From: Catajapyx aquilonaris
Lineage: Eukaryota
Direction of reading: 5' to 3'
Length of the DNA stretch: 64,000 nt
NCBI GenBank assembly: GCA_000934665.2
Contig: KZ538241.1
Location: 1 to 64,000 of the forward strand
This document shows, in pieces, positions 24,496-39,088 of this stretch. The position numbers and the translations under genes were made by a program. Positions within the stretch are counted from its first letter, which is position 1. Each line of letters starts with the position of its first letter. The notes below the pieces were generated by a model, which made no database searches, was not told where the DNA came from, and worked only from the letters and a program-made list of their open reading frames with translations.

Positions 24496-25387
24496 ATGCG
24501 TGGGTGGTTAGCATCGTGCGTGGTGCTAATAGCACTAGCGACGTTAACGTCTGCCGATCCGCCCAAGACAGCGGCAGCGGGCAGCAAAGACCAGGCATCG
24601 GCATCGGCGTCGCCCCTGATGGACGTGGCCCAGCAGCTGGTGGCCAGGTCCCATTCGGTCAGCGAAGTGCTAACCCTCAACCTGACCAACCTGCTTATTC
24701 TCCTGGTGCTGAAGGCCATCGTCTTCGGTGTGGGCATGTTCTACATGAACGGAAACGGCGGAGGCGGTGGTGGTGGCGGTGGGTTCGGAGGCAGTGGGTA
24801 CGGAGGCGGGTACGGCGGAGGCAGCGGATATGCACGTAGCTCGGACGGGGGCAGCGAAGGCGGCGGGGGCATGTCCCGATGGGTCACCGAGAGCGAGATG
24901 ATGCTCCTGCTGACCTACCTCCTGGGGTCATCCACCGAGGATTACAGCTGCCTCTACCGCACAGCCTGCGAAGAACCGCAAAAGGCCAAGGATTACCTCA
25001 CCGCTGCCAAAATGGCCATCAAGGGAGCCAAAATGTTCAACAGGTGGGTCCAGCATGCCATTTGAGTCATGGGAGTGGGTCATTGGGAGCGACTCTTGAC
25101 CTTACCCCTCTGGAATGTTGGCAAAGTCACAACACTCTAACGGTGAATGTTTTTCGCGGAGGGAAATCCGTTGGGGTAGCCGGTCACATTATGAGGTTAC
25201 CAGACCTTCGGAATGATTAACGGCAATTATTGTGATTATGCATCGGTGTGTCCGTTTCAGGTTCGTCTCAGTCAGCCCCAAGTACGAGCACATCGTGTAC
25301 GGGCTGCAAGAGGCAGTCGAACACCGGAAGAGCGGAGCCAATTGCAAGGCTCGATATGCTTGCACAGGAGTGGGCAACTACCAGTAA
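24496..25387 (+). CDS. Secreted/membrane protein, 224 aa, with Gly-rich linker and DM4/DM12-like Cys domain
   Basis: Exons 24496-25043 and 25261-25387 (phase 2). Signal peptide MRGWLASCVVLIALATLTSA, hydrophobic segment LTNLLILLVLKAIVFGVGMFY, GGY repeats, then SCLYRTACE...YGLQEA...GANCKARYAC*. An acceptor just before the ATG (24490) implies a non-coding first exon. Family assignment rests on Cys pattern only. Confidence 0.85.
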
Positions 25388-27299
25388 GGTCATCCAGAGT
25401 GATGAAGAGTCAGGCGTACCAGTCAATTAAAAGTTCGAGTGTCGACACACGATACCCAGCAAGTGAACACAATGCATTCGCAAGCTATGAAAGGCTTGCA
25501 CGAGCAAGCCTCTTCATATCTGTTGCGTACAGTCGGCGTACAGTACTTGACATCTACTGATGTTCACACTCGTACTCTTAGTTTTCATTGCCTAGTTTAT
25601 TGTATCTGGTCACATGGACTACTTCAGTGGTTTGAGCTTTACAGAAATTCTGCCGCAAAGTCTTGAGTTTCATTTTTGTACATAATTATTACCAGCATAT
25701 TCATTCAGAAATAGACAAATACCCGCTACATAATATATACGCCAGTGAAAAGTGTCGGAGGTAAGTTGTCAATCTATGTTATTAATGGACTTTGCTCAAA
25801 GAAATGAAAAAAATATGCATTTACACCTAATAAAACATGTCCACCTCTTGATTTTGCTGTTTCAGTCTTTTCAGGTTACTTGAATTCAAGGTAAGTGTGC
25901 GATACGGTTTACGGCGGTCTCAGAATTAGAAGAAGACTCGCCTTTCCCACAAACTATTTCAACAATGGGGGTAAAAAGACCACTGACTCTTTATATGCAA
26001 GAAAAATAATGGGAGGCCACTGGCAAAAGTCCGATTTCGCTCCAGCATAAATAGTTATGCACCGTGAAGCATTGTAATTTGGTCGAGTAGTGAGACGGGT
26101 TTTCTAAATTCTTTATTAGCAAGCACTCCTATTTATAATTATAACTAAAATTAAGTCAAATGAAATTTAGCCTTTCATTCTTCCTAACGTCATGGTCTAC
26201 TTGGCTAAAACCGGAGTACTTCTATTCATTACCAAATAAACATGTAACAAACGGGAATTGTTGTTTTTGAAAAGAATGGTACCGGTAGCTAACCAAGTAA
26301 TGTTATGCCGAAATTGATGGACACGTGCACCATTTAAGGTTAATAACGGGCTTATACAATATTGCCTATTATGTAAAGATAACGTTTAGCAAAATGTACA
26401 GGCCTAACACCGTAGTTTCACCATCTGATTTGTGCATCTGACAGTTTACAGGCAGGTGTATGGGTGTATACTAGAAGCCGTTCCTTCTACAGAAATACCC
26501 ACATATTTGATTCCATACCTGTTTGATATCCAATTGATTTTTTCAAGACTGTCGCGGTCATATTTACAAGCCATAAATACAGGGTGATCCAACTTTATGG
26601 CCACAACAGTTATTGGAAAAATCGCGCAAACTACTACTTTTTAAGCAGCTACTTGCTAAGAGTTACTTTCTCGAGTATCTGAAATGACCAGGGTCACCTA
26701 CATGAGAGCACACGTAATGATTACAGAATGCGTTACTGTGAGAGATGGGATGAAGTTATTTCCCATACCCTCTCCCCTCTTGAACTGAGGAATTGCCAGT
26801 AAATCATCCTATACTCTATTTAATTTCTTCAAAAAACTTGAACAAGGGGTAATCTGCTTAATGCAATCAAGTCACCACATATGAATATTTGAAGTTGTTG
26901 ACCTCTCTCCTGTCAGTAAAAAAATTAAAACGTAGGTATATAAAATTGACATGTCGACACCCTCTTAAAAATCTGAATAATACAATATCTCAAAATCCTG
27001 ACATCAAAACTACGAACCAACATTTTATTACAAGGCTTAAATACGAAATACAAAACATAACTTACATCACTGACAAACAATATAAAGAACGAGAAAGTGT
27101 TGTACTGCAGCATACCAGCATTATTACTCAGCTGGGATCTTACCTAGTAATTATTCTGGACCACTATCAAGAAGGTTAACAACTCGCACTTTATTGAACA
27201 ATGGGAATGACACGTGATTGGCAATCGGGTGTGTGAGAGATGGGAGCTATGTACACGCACGTATTTACAGGCAGACAACTGGTCGTTGACCTCAGGTCA

Positions 27300-29662
27300 C
27301 TACCGAAGGATGCTTTCCGGATCCAGGTCCAGGTTGGGGCCGGACTCTTCTCCGCCCCCACATGAAAACGAAGAGCAATCTCTTTGTCTCACAGCTTCCA
27401 TCACATCCACCAGCAAGCTGCTCAGTCTGCTGGACACATCTCTGGGCAGCCTGAAAATGGGCGGCATCCTTCTTGAGAAATGCACAATGCCATACAACTG
27501 GGTTACGAAACAGGAATTGCGCCCTTGGCCCATCACCTAGTGGGCTTGTGACAGCTGTATCATCTTCTGTCACGGTTCCGGGCCTATCTGGGTAAGGAGT
27601 TTCCGACTTTCTCGAAGGGACCCCGCGGGACCTGCGATGGTCACCCAGGTCGCACCCAGTGTTATTTGTGGCCTCCCACGAAGACCGAGAGAAAGGCGGG
27701 TCCTTCCGCATAATTCGCGACGACCTACATGTAAGATGCTCTCTTACGGAGCCAGCTGGCATTCTAAAGCTTCCGTATTTCACGTACGGAATTGATAAAG
27801 CCAACAACAATGGCACCGCTGCAGTTCCTTTATCAGTTGTTGACTCAAAACCTGTTCGGCTCTCTCCGTAAGTAAGCACATAACCCAATGGGGTCACGGG
27901 GAAGGAGCCGCGCTGCAACTGGCTTCGAGAAATTTACTTCTTGATGCACCGAGAATAAGGATGTGATAATCCTTAGGAAAATTTAGTGCGGAGAAACTAC
28001 TTGGCCAAGCCCAGTACTGTCTTTCTTCCGCGATGTGTACGCAATGCTTACTGGACTGGGCATCAACCGGCTAGCTCTAAGCGTGAATCCTGTGGATCCC
28101 TTGCGTAATAGGGGTCCCCTCGTTAGTTACACACAAGCTGTTCCAAGATCAGCTCCTTATATCCGGCCCAGTAACCTACGCAATACCTACATGGAGAGAA
28201 ACGTGGTCATCCTCTTCTCCATCAGCATGACGGCGTCATCCTTCTGCTGCACCATTACGTCGCAGAAGATCCTCTTGGCGCATGGAGCTTCTCTCCACCC
28301 GCCGAAGCCCATGTCCTGCAGCTTCTCCAGGACGCTCCTCTGAGAGTGCTCCAGACTCTCCAGCAGGTTGTCCATGATGGGTTGGTCAATACCTGGTACC
28401 TGTCTCCTCTCCCTGCTTCGGACTTGTATCCCAAACTTGCCCATTTTGCTCAGGTACCAACTGAGGGCCAGTGCCCCGACCCCAAGGGCAGCTCCACCTG
28501 CAAGGACGGCTGCTGGAACCACGGCCTCAGACTTTCCAATCTTGTCCCCAACTTCGTCTATCTTCTTGCTGATCCCCAGGTTGTCGGATATCTTGACTGA
28601 GGCCTCCATCAAGGGATCGAACACGGGCTTGGTGAAGTCGCGGATCTTCTCGCCGACTTTTTGAAAGATGTTGGTCCGGTTGCGTGGACCGTGTGACGGG
28701 TAGGCGTAGTAGTAAGGGGGAAGGAGGTAGGTCACCTTTTGGGCAGGGGGTGCTGGCTGGATGGCAAATCGGATTGTCTTGCCGTGCTGGTCCTTTGGGA
28801 TGGGGATTGGGACGGTGAAGACTGGCTGTCCGGGGCCGGCTTGGTATGTCTGGGGCTGTATCACGAAGGCGTTGCTCGGAGCAGGCTGGATTCCGTACGG
28901 ATTAGCAGGTACGCCGGCCTTCTCTTCAGCAACGTCCTGCTAAGCAATGGGCAGTATTGTACAGGGTGTTTCTTAATGAAGTGGTATATTATGAGCACTC
29001 GTTAACATCACTGCTTCTCTAAGTCCGCCGCCAGACGACGCGACGCCTATACAAGCTTAATATTGTGCAATCTTATTTCATTAACTGATAGAACATTTAG
29101 CAGTGTGGGTATGCCTTAATAATTAACTTATTCAGGAACATCGTCTTAGAAGCAATGGTCAGATTGGGTCTACCTGGTAACCCTCTGATGAAGAGGCCTC
29201 GGGGGATTGGTAATTCATGGGTTGAAAACCATCCTCCTTCTTTGATGACGGAAACTTGATTCCCTTGGAGTGAAGTATCCTGCTCTGAATGGTCAGCGAC
29301 GCTTTCTTGGGAACCAGCACTCCGTTGATGACCCTTGCGTTGCGCCACACCTTCACCTTGTCCTCTTCATCATCCGGAACTCGAACTCCGACGATGGTTT
29401 GTATTCCGTCAGTTCCGACTTCGATACGACGTCCCTTGCGGCTCTTGTCTCCGGGCACGTCTTTCACTGACAATACATCAGAAGTGATTGTGATTGGCGG
29501 AGGCAGGGCAAACTCGTCGTCACTTCTTCTCTGAAGCACCGGGAGCTTAACCGTTGTCGTGTCGATGTCAGCCACAGTTGTCGCTTCTTCAGGAGGATCT
29601 ACTGTAGTTGTCGGCATCCCCGTGGCCGTTGCCACGAGGACCACAAGTAACCCTCGCCACAT
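27300..29662 (-). CDS. Uncharacterised secreted/membrane protein, ~461 aa, with DM4/DM12-like Cys tail
   Basis: Exons 29662-29174, 28936 (or 28939)-28191 and 27450-27300 join in frame (phases 0, 2). Signal peptide MWRGLLVVLVATATG, motif GVRVPDDEEDKVKVWRNARVINGVLVP, Pro/Tyr-rich middle, hydrophobic AAVLAGGAALGVGALALSWY, RERR site, then PCAKRIFCDVM...MEAVRQRDCSSFSC. Confidence 0.85.
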
Positions 29663-32600
29663 CTCGCTGCTGAAATAGGATTTCCAATCAGTAAATTGAT
29701 TCATGCGTAGCTAATATTCTCTCATCCCAAATATTTCTGTGGGTGCATGAACCTGACATGTAGCGGATATGGGGAACAAACACTACAATTGGGACTACAC
29801 ATATACGGTTTAGTAGGACGACGTAAAGCTACACAAGGTCACAACACGCCTGTCATGGAGCGTCTCCTCTTCCAAAGATGGCGAAATGAGTGAGAGCCGG
29901 ACAAGTACGTTGATTGTCGCGATGAACACAACACATGAACCTGTTCGGAGTATAAATTACCTGAAGGCTGCATGTAGCATGTAGGCTCCTCGCTTATTAT
30001 AAAGTGCTGTCGTCTAACGGTGACTAGATCTTTTGGCGTGGTCTAGTGACCTCCACCCAACAAAGGTGACAATAACGCCAAGGAAAAAAATTTAAGGAAG
30101 GGCATCAGTCCCTCCACCCTGTCCCTATTCTTCGTACTTTTTGTTCGTTACATGGAACAGATGGCACCCGATTACACCATTAAAAGTACTTTCACACTTG
30201 CCAACCTGCAATTACTGATAAATATTGGTCCTGCAGAAAGGACCTTCTCTACTTCCGGCTCAAGTGGGACACTTTCCCTGAAAATTAAATGACTCCCACT
30301 TTTTTCCTCCATCTCCGACCAGGTCGCTCCAGAATAATTTCACCGGAGAGAAGAATTTCCGAGATGATGATGGCCATCACCGCAAGGGAAGCGAGTATTT
30401 GCCTTAAAAATCTCTGAACCGTAGATGATGACCACGGTGAGGGAAGTTGTAGGATCAGATACCGTCACTGGGTCTTTGGGTCACAGGGCCAATTTCTGTG
30501 GTGCTGAGCAATTTCGCTTTCCTCCACTGGACTTCAGCTGCTTCTTCGGCTGCTCTCTCTTCAAGGTGACTGGCCTTGCCCATATACATGCCTTCAGGGC
30601 ATGTTCATCATCTCGGAAGTTCATCTAGAAGCTCTATATTTGACACACAAATTATTACAACAAAAAAGTCATTGCTGTTTACCGGTTTTGGAGCACCTGT
30701 TAACGTGATAAAACGTGACTTGGTATTTTTTACGGAGGGGCAAAAGAGGTCTCAGTGAAAGCAAGTCTTCTTTAAGTAGAATCTTAACGGTGTGCTCGGA
30801 CAGGAGTAGCCTTCGCAACATTTTTACAGGGAAAGTGTAGTGTTAGTCACCTGCTTTGTAAACACGTGTTGCCACTTCCAGCACGTGTCCTAACAATATT
30901 AATTTTTCTTTGCGCCGTATTGGCGTTCCGGTAGGTAAGATACCGTTACAGGAACAATTCAAGAGTGCAAATTATATCACGTGAAGCGAGCACTTGGATG
31001 TTGTATAACGGTAATAAAATACCAATTCCAGTTCGAAAGGTCGCCTCTTAAAATCGTCAACAGGCTTTTTGCATTTTGATATTTGCGAACTACAAATATT
31101 TACCTTATTACACAAGCGATTATATCGCTGTATTTTCTTACAAATAGAGGAGTGCCGAAGCAGGCTGACAAATATCAGCACTTGTAAATAAAACAGACAT
31201 TTATCTCCCATGTTTTTTCCGTGGTCGTGTTTGTATTTTCACTTTTAGAAAAACAACGCTCATCTTGTACTGAAGCAGGTGAAATTTAGCCCGTGTCTGT
31301 TTCCACAGAGTGCATGATATGATCTTCGTGACAACATGATGCTCTTTATAAACCTTTTTGTATGCAAGCCTCAGCACGATCCCAGGAATATGACTTTCAA
31401 ATGATATTCTCTCCAGTAGATAATGAATCAAAAGAATGAAAATGACACAACTTTCGCCATATGTCGAAAATATCTCAGTCGTAATCCTGTTGAATAACTT
31501 TCTAATTGCATTTCTGTTATATTACGTGACAAATGGTACGAGATGCGTGGTGTACACTCTTGCTCACTATGACATTAATTGGTATTTGCCGACGTCCTGT
31601 TTGTGACTGTCAATCCAAATCGCTATATTGTAATGCTGATTTTTCAGGCTATTAGTTAACCGGATGTTGCATAATTAGATCACAAACCAGTATCGGAATT
31701 TTTCTGACATTTCACAAAATTCCCTCCCTTCATAAATAACTAAAAAAACCAAGGTTGCAATTAACTACGTAACTACTCCATGCAAAACAAAACGACCGTG
31801 ACCGTCACGGTCCTGGATTAGACCCTTAAAATTGCTAAAACACCCAACACCGTCTGTGACCAGTTCCAGCCCCAATCGACTACCAGAAGTAACTGTATCT
31901 TTCGTGTCCCATTTCCCCACTGAACGAGCCCTACATGTTTCACTTGGGGAACATCCATCGACTTCGTCTATCCCGAGTCCTGAAGGCAGGTGAAATTGTA
32001 CCCAGTTTTTTTTTTCTCTAACTTCAATCTCTCTCATTTCTCCTGCTAATCCCATCCCACAAAACTCGCTTTCACAACATATACATCAATAAAAATCCTT
32101 CCGGTGTTAAATGGAGCGTGGTGTGAAAATCACTGCCAGCATGCAAATGAAGCAAAGATCTTACCATGTACTGAATGATATATAATCAACACATACTTGT
32201 ACGACCAGCTAATTGCTACAGGTTCCTTTTTAAAAATGGGCCAAGCGCCCAATACTTAAAAACCAGTAACTATTTGCGAATTATTCCACATCCAAAATAA
32301 CGGAATTTTTTCGCATGGCTTCTCATCTTTTGTTTTTGAACTGATATGTAGGTTGATTCTCAAACGTATAGTTAATAAATCTAGATTTTGCGGATTTTTA
32401 TTATTTGCAAAATGAGTTTCTTATTGTTCCACACACAACTGGGAAAAACCTCGTCATTTGATTCGCCAACATGTGAGGGTTCGTGACAGGTACTTTGCCT
32501 GCTGGGAATGGTCTTTAGCGCTGGTTTCATGCTTATGCCAAAAATGGGGCATTGCCTTCACAAACATTTTCTTTCCATGGATCAGGAAGCGCTGCTAACC

Positions 32601-33508
32601 CAAAACCAGGGAGCCGCAAGTGATTGCGAATTCCTAAATGAATATTGCATTAGACGGAAGTCTTGTCCGAGAGGCCGTAACCCCTACTCGGCTAATCACT
32701 TTACGAGGTGTTGGCAGGCAAGATAAAAAGTCGGACGTGACCAGGTTTTATGGGGGTTAAAGAAGCATCAAACCGCATTACAATATTGTGGTGCAACATT
32801 GACGTGATTATGACATGAGTGCTTAACAATGTTCTAGTAAAGGAGGCTGAGAAACCATAATGATCTCTCCCACGATGTAACCTTCAATACTGTAATTTTT
32901 TTTGTTCGAAATCCCAGCTCAAATTATAGTGTTATGCATTCTTTTTATCAAGTGCAGCGATCCATAATAACAAAGCACATACACATTTTGACAAATAGGT
33001 TCTCATGACAATATTTATGGGATCAAATACCACTGTTGGTAATGGGTAAGAAGAGGAGCGAACATCGTGAGAAGACGAAACAAATTGGCACCCTTTGACT
33101 CACGATTCTTCTGGCCTCCTTCTAAAAAATACAATAATGCTTTAACACGTTACAGGTAGCATGAAGCACGTGCCCGCAATAATCCGTCATCCAGCGTTAA
33201 GGTGGCAGTAAAATCACAACTGTTGTAAATCCACTGAACGCAACCCCAGCAATTGTTATAGCTCAGTGAATGAAACAAATGGTTGCAAATAATAAATGTT
33301 GAAGTCCCCATGCAAATTGTCACATAAGATAAGTGACCACAAACTCCCATTACCCAATTCCCTGCTACAGACCTATCCTAACAATGTTTTAGATCTTTAT
33401 CCAGATCTTCAGATACAGCCTCCATCCATACATACAGCGACTCCAGTGTAGTGGCTGTATGGATGGAGTACAGTGTAGTGGTCCACACATCCACTACACC
33501 CATACACC

Positions 33509-33602
33509 CATGACCCTCTACAATATAACCCATGAGTTCCTCTACAATCTACTCCATGAGTCCCTCTACAATCTAACCCATGAGCCCCTCTACAATATAA
33601 CC
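33509..33602 (+). repeat. Minisatellite, four copies of a ~24-bp unit
   Basis: CATGAG(T/C)(C/T)CCTCTACAAT(A/C)TAACC repeated four times. Confidence 0.85.
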
Positions 33603-36600
33603 CAACTCACGTGCTTGATGTCCGTCCGGTGTGCTGTTGTGTGTATCCTTCAGGAGCACGAGGGGGGCCTAGGCAGTTGGGGCAGTCTCTGGACTTGACT
33701 GAGGCTCCGGTGAGGCCGCAGTCACTAAAGGCGGACGCCTAGCCTACTTTCGTCCCACTGCCTGCCTGTCTCCATGGCCTCGATTGCCTGCCAGCCACAA
33801 GCCAGCTCACATGCTGAAGATCATACACCTCTTCATGCAAAAAGGGGGATATTCCTATCACCGACGAGTGAAAACGACTTTTGGTTTCGTTCCGGGATCC
33901 CGCATCCGGATACAAACCTCTTTTCAGGAACATCCGGTTCCTTTCCCTTTGTCCCGGAAGTTTTCTCTTGCCTTTTACCACTTGGCTGGCTGGTTGTGTC
34001 ATTCACAACCGGCCATAATTTATATGGGGCAGTTCAGGGTATCGGACATGTCCACAAAAATATGATCCTCTTCCAAAATGTAAAAAAAGGGAACATGCTG
34101 CACAATAGCAGCACGATGTAACGGACAGGGCTAATTTCCCCCCATTAAGGCCACGGGGTTCCTGTGTAATGCTAATTTTCACGGTATGCAACTGTTATGG
34201 CAGTTTCCAAGCATCACATCATCATAATTCACGCCTCAACGCTCGCATAAAAATGGTGAGGTAATCGCTATACACTTCCACCGGATTTTGTCAATTACCT
34301 AACTGCATTGCTAGTTTAAGCACGAGACAATTTATGTAATTTTTGGGCCCAGCCCTTTAGGATGGGTCTCATTGAATGCTAATGTTTGGTGGTCCACCTC
34401 GACCTGATGAGGCCCAGTGAAAGCCTGAATGAATAATGAGATGAATCGCGCCCACAGATGGTGTCAACAAAGGTCTCGCCAGATAATACTTGCGACAAGC
34501 GGACAAGGGTGGTTCCGTTTACTGTTCAGATACTTCCGGAATGGAAATGCGGCCAATGGGTGATGTGCAAGAATTTCTTCCGCGTCGATGGTTTTTTTTT
34601 TCCTGCTTCTTTAGTTGGATCTGACTGCTGGAGGCATGGGCGTGAGGAAATGGTTCCAAGGAATCTCAATGATACTTCATCATTTTACGTGACGGTTTTA
34701 CATTTTGTGCTTCCCGTTGGAGACAAGAGAGAAAAATTATTCGGTTAAAATGGAAAGGAGTCAACTCTGGCAGTGGTCCAGACGTTTAAGTAGCAGTAAC
34801 TGTTGACGTATGCCCAGAAAAGGTGTACCATATACTACTTTTATAATCCCGACAGCAAATATTGAGATCATAGTGTAGCTTGCATGAACGGTTTCAGAGT
34901 TAAGTGTGCTATATTGCCATACCATAAAGCCTGCTGTGTACAAACCAGTACAGTATTGTTGCGAATTACCATCCCGACGACCACACAATCCTGTTTGACA
35001 ACCCTGGTTCTTCGTAATGGTCCATCAGCTTAGTTACCTTGGCAGGTTCCCGCTGTTCCTTAAATCTACGACTTTATCATACGGTCGTCTTTCCAAGTTA
35101 TTTGCAGTAAATTTTAAAACGTCCATAGTATTTTTCCTCAAAGCAACTGGTTCTTGACGGCTCACCCACAGCCTTACGCGACACGCAACTTACTCGACCA
35201 TAAACTACATAGAGTTGACCTCACCCATGCAATCACGCTTCTTAATATCAGTTACTTAGTCATGTCCCCATCGTTCAGACTCCCGTAACTGACACTAATT
35301 TAGGTCGCAAAATATGACAAAAATCATTCACTAACATAACAATGTAAGACCGGATAGTAAAGAATTTTCTGTAGGCCACTGAAATTTTTTTTGCGTAAAA
35401 TGCCACAAAATTTTTGACTTGTGACTACTGTCCGTATTGGACAAGTTTCCGCTGTATCCAGGGTCTGACACGTATCGCTGTATGTAAATGAGGTTTATGA
35501 ATCAGCATGATTTTATCGGCGCATAAGTAGGCTGTGCAAATGCCACATATTTGCGCCGAAAGTGATGCAATAAATTACACTGCAAAACAGCGCATGAAAT
35601 TACCCATGCGAAGGTTCCCTCAGTGAAAATGTCTATTAATCTCATGACACATTCCCACCCATTCTATTGCAACCAACTATTGCAAACAGGCGCCTATCTA
35701 ATTACATTGCAATAGTACGGCACCCACGCCGCACCCAAGCGACATACCGCCTGACATTTTCCCTTTCAACGGAGTACCCCGGCAGCCAAACAATGCAAAT
35801 TGGTCCACGAACACAAACCAGTCCCGAAGGAACGTGCAAAAGGGCAGGCTTATAGAAGGGGGTGGTGGTTTTCCCCTTGCGAAGAAAGTGTCCTTGGTGG
35901 AACGATGGGAAAACAACCCGAGGCGGCCATGAACTTGAGGAACATTTTGCTTGCACGGATTGCTTGACTGCTTTACCTTCCTTTCTTCCTTCCTTCCTAG
36001 TCCCACTGACCCACTTGGCTCTCTTTGAACCTTGTGACTCCTGCTGATTCCCATCCGCGGAACTCGGGGAGTCGCTCCTCTATGCGTGATTTCAGAGGAA
36101 GGGAGGGGAAACCCATGCTGGGATGCAAACGAGATCCGGATGGCACACTTCCTTCATCGGACAAATATACGGCTTCACAGCCATGAGATCATCGCAGTGA
36201 AAGCTCAAATGGATGGCTCTCTTGGATTGATGATATCTGAAGCGTGATCTCTCAGGTGTTGCTGGACGGAGGTGTTCTCTGGAGGCGAAGAGGCGAAGTG
36301 CGAAGGAAGTTATCCTGGTTTGAAGCAACCAACATGGCAGGACCGGCAAGCAGGCCTGCAGCAACGGCAGGATAATCGGCGTCAGTCCAACAATAAAGAC
36401 GGATATTATTACTTGTTGAAGAAGAAGCAATAATCACGACATGCAAATTGCCAAGATGGTTGTTACTCTTGAAATATTGACATACTCCCATATATGACTT
36501 GTATTTAGCTACAACAAACCTCGGTTATATCAGAATGATTTCTTCGATCCGTTGAAGTCGATTATATCCGCAGTCTGTACAAGAAACAAAATTACATGTG

Positions 36601-36699
36601 TAGCTACTAATATTTAGATTCACTCAAATATCACAATATCAGTATGTGATCGTATCGAACTTGAGAAAACGAAAATATATACCGTACGTATAATAAACT

Positions 36700-36995
36700 G
36701 AAGCAGTTTGGAGGAGGGGATATGGTGTCCGACTGGTAATCGGGAGGTCCTGGGATCAAATCCCGGGACCGGCAACTCTGACCGTGGTTTTCTGTGGTTT
36801 CCCACGGTCCTTCCAGGAAAATTCCGGAGTTGCTTCCGTAATTAATAGGCCACAGCCGCTTCCTTCCGCCCCTATCCTATCCCAAAGAGCACAGTAAAAT
36901 GAAAAGCAAAGAGTTCCAGGCAAAACAAACTTCCCCCCTAAAGAGCATATGGCTGATAACGGGGTGTGAATTTAATAATTTAATTTAAATTTAAT
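36700..36995 (+). mobile_element. tRNA-derived SINE (family 1), intact copy
   Basis: tRNA-like head with GGGATCAAATCCCGGG, body GTGGTTTTCTGTGGTTTCCCACGG and an AT-rich tail. Second copy at 13061-14165. Confidence 0.85.
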
Positions 36996-37300
36996 CTGTA
37001 TAATTCACTGCAAGTCTGGCTTTAACTATCCCCATTCAAATTACTGCATTTTTGTCGGTAAAGCAAAATCCTATTTTTATCACATTAAAAATCTTAAGGA
37101 GGTAACAGAAGTTCTATAACTTGAAAATTAGAATGTTAGTGGAAGTGAGCCGGTACTCTTGGGTTCCGTTATTTCTAAGATGAAATAGCCAAGGAAATAA
37201 CATTAATATTGATTTTGACATTTTTTAGCTTCATGGCAGAAATAACTCATTGGATATATTAGGGTCATTATCGTGAGTTTTAGAAAGTAACCTGTGGCTG

Positions 37301-37334
<34 letters not shown>

Positions 37335-37356
37335 CACTACTACCACTACTACTACT
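37301..37356 (+). repeat. (ACT)n microsatellite
   Basis: About 18 ACT/ACC units. Confidence 0.95.
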
Positions 37357-37832
37357 CAGCTTCCACCTAAAGTTGTGAGAAACAAAATTTTCCCCGTGTT
37401 AACCTTCGCAGTGAAACCAAATTCGCCAAAATTAACTGCAGGGTACACCAATTTCTTTGCCTTAAAAATTCAAAGGACCATATTTCGAAGAGTACGTTTT
37501 CATCACCCTCTAATTAGTCTAATATATTATGTGTTTCACGACATTGCAATAAACTACGAGTACCGTACAGTATATGTAGCTTTTTGTAATATTGCAAAAT
37601 CAGTTATGCGTAATATGAAAAGCGGGAGACTTAGCTGTAGAAAAGATGCACCTTGTAACTCATCCCAAACAATGAATGGCTTTGAATCACACTAAACATT
37701 CTGGATCATTTTCCGACCTACAATACAACCCACAACAGCTTCTTCTCAATATTCCTACTTTACAAAACCTGAATTCTATCGTACTAGCTCCCGTATAGTA
37801 CGATATTATTTTAATGCCATGTACAGTGAAGT

Positions 37833-37966
37833 CAAGGGGTTAGCAACTCCCCCAAAAAAGTGTACACCAGATCCTGGAACCGGGAGGTTCCACCCGGTTC
37901 CAAGCCGGTTCTACCTGGTTCCTTGGCCAGTGTGTACACCGGTTCCAGGGAGTTGCTAGCCCCTTG
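37833..37966. mobile_element. 134-bp hAT/P-type MITE with 8-bp TSD
   Basis: TIR CAAGGGGTTAGCAACTCCC / GGGAGTTGCTAGCCCCTTG, flanked by AGTGAAGT at 37825-37832 and 37967-37974. Confidence 0.88.
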
Positions 37967-39088
37967 AGTGAAGTACCTATGACAAGGCGGCCAGTTCTGT
38001 GGCATGTTTCATTTTGTCCATTTTTGGCGCACTGTGAATAAGAGCACAAAAATTCAACAAACAACGCGCGTATTTTTTTGTAATCAGACTAAAACAAGGC
38101 GTGACATGAGTAGAAATAAGTGCGGTAAACTGTCGTTGCAGCGGGATATATGGACGAGACAAGAACAATCAGACCTTTACTAGACTTTGCAATTAGGTCA
38201 TGAGGCTTTAGTATTGACAGATGACATGTAAATTAATTGAACCCTATATATCTCATATTATTTCCTGACACAATACCTACAAAAAATACTGCAACCTTAA
38301 TGTATGTAACAAAAATTCCTTCCATTACGTGCATTTCCAGAACTTGTCACTGCATTTGTATCCAATTCTCATGCAAATGGAGCGAATCTCGGTTCCTATT
38401 CCGCTACCCTTCCTCTCATCCCATTTCATGCTCCAGCTTCAAAGCGTGTCCAGGGCATGACCTTACACTTGTTTTGACGCACGTCCACTCACTTAACTGG
38501 ACAAGCACCCAGGCCTACTTGGTCCCAAAATAACAAACAATCTTTGTAGCTTGTAGGGAAAGCCACAAGTCTAATTTATCTTTGCATACTTTCCCATCAC
38601 AATCTACCTTGACTTGATTAATAAGCGTGCTCTGTCACGCCAAGGTGTGGTCAAGGCCGGAGGGGAAATCTCCCTTTCGCATCTAACCGTGGACTTTGCT
38701 ACTTTTAGAAACCACAAATCTCTGCATGACCAGGACGTCCAAGACATCCGCACTAGATTTTATTTTGCAAGTAACCTAGGCATAAAGTTTGAAAATCCTG
38801 GCTTCCTGGCTACTTATAAATCTCCTGATCAATCGTTAAGACTCTAAGACTTCACCAGGCGATAGATCAGAAAGGCTGCTATATATAGTGTGTTTCACTT
38901 GCATGATATCATTTGAGTAATCAAAGAGCGAATTCATAACTTTGCTTAGTTTTGGACAACCCTGTTACATTATTGTCATCATCTCCAACTGGTATTTAAC
39001 ATTCGGTGTGTCATAGTGGGGGCATAACTTGGGGCACAAAAGGAATATATTTCAAAGACATGCGTTAAATTGAAGTAGGCGTGTATTT

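Noticed and set aside
26580..26660. Single CAGGGTG mariner-like ends (also ~28962 and ~8634)
   Set aside because: No partner terminus found; probably decayed MITE fragments, and their boundaries cannot be supported.
27292..27918. 208-aa minus-strand ORF
   Set aside because: Lies mostly in intron 2 of the 27.3-29.7 kb gene, in a different frame from the real last exon; non-ATG start and no recognisable motifs.
36092..36430. 112-aa ORF with hydrophobic N-terminus
   Set aside because: TTG start, no recognisable family and no in-frame continuation to other exons.
37294..37695. 133-aa poly-Thr ORF
   Set aside because: Generated by an (ACT)n microsatellite with a GTG start; the rest looks non-coding.
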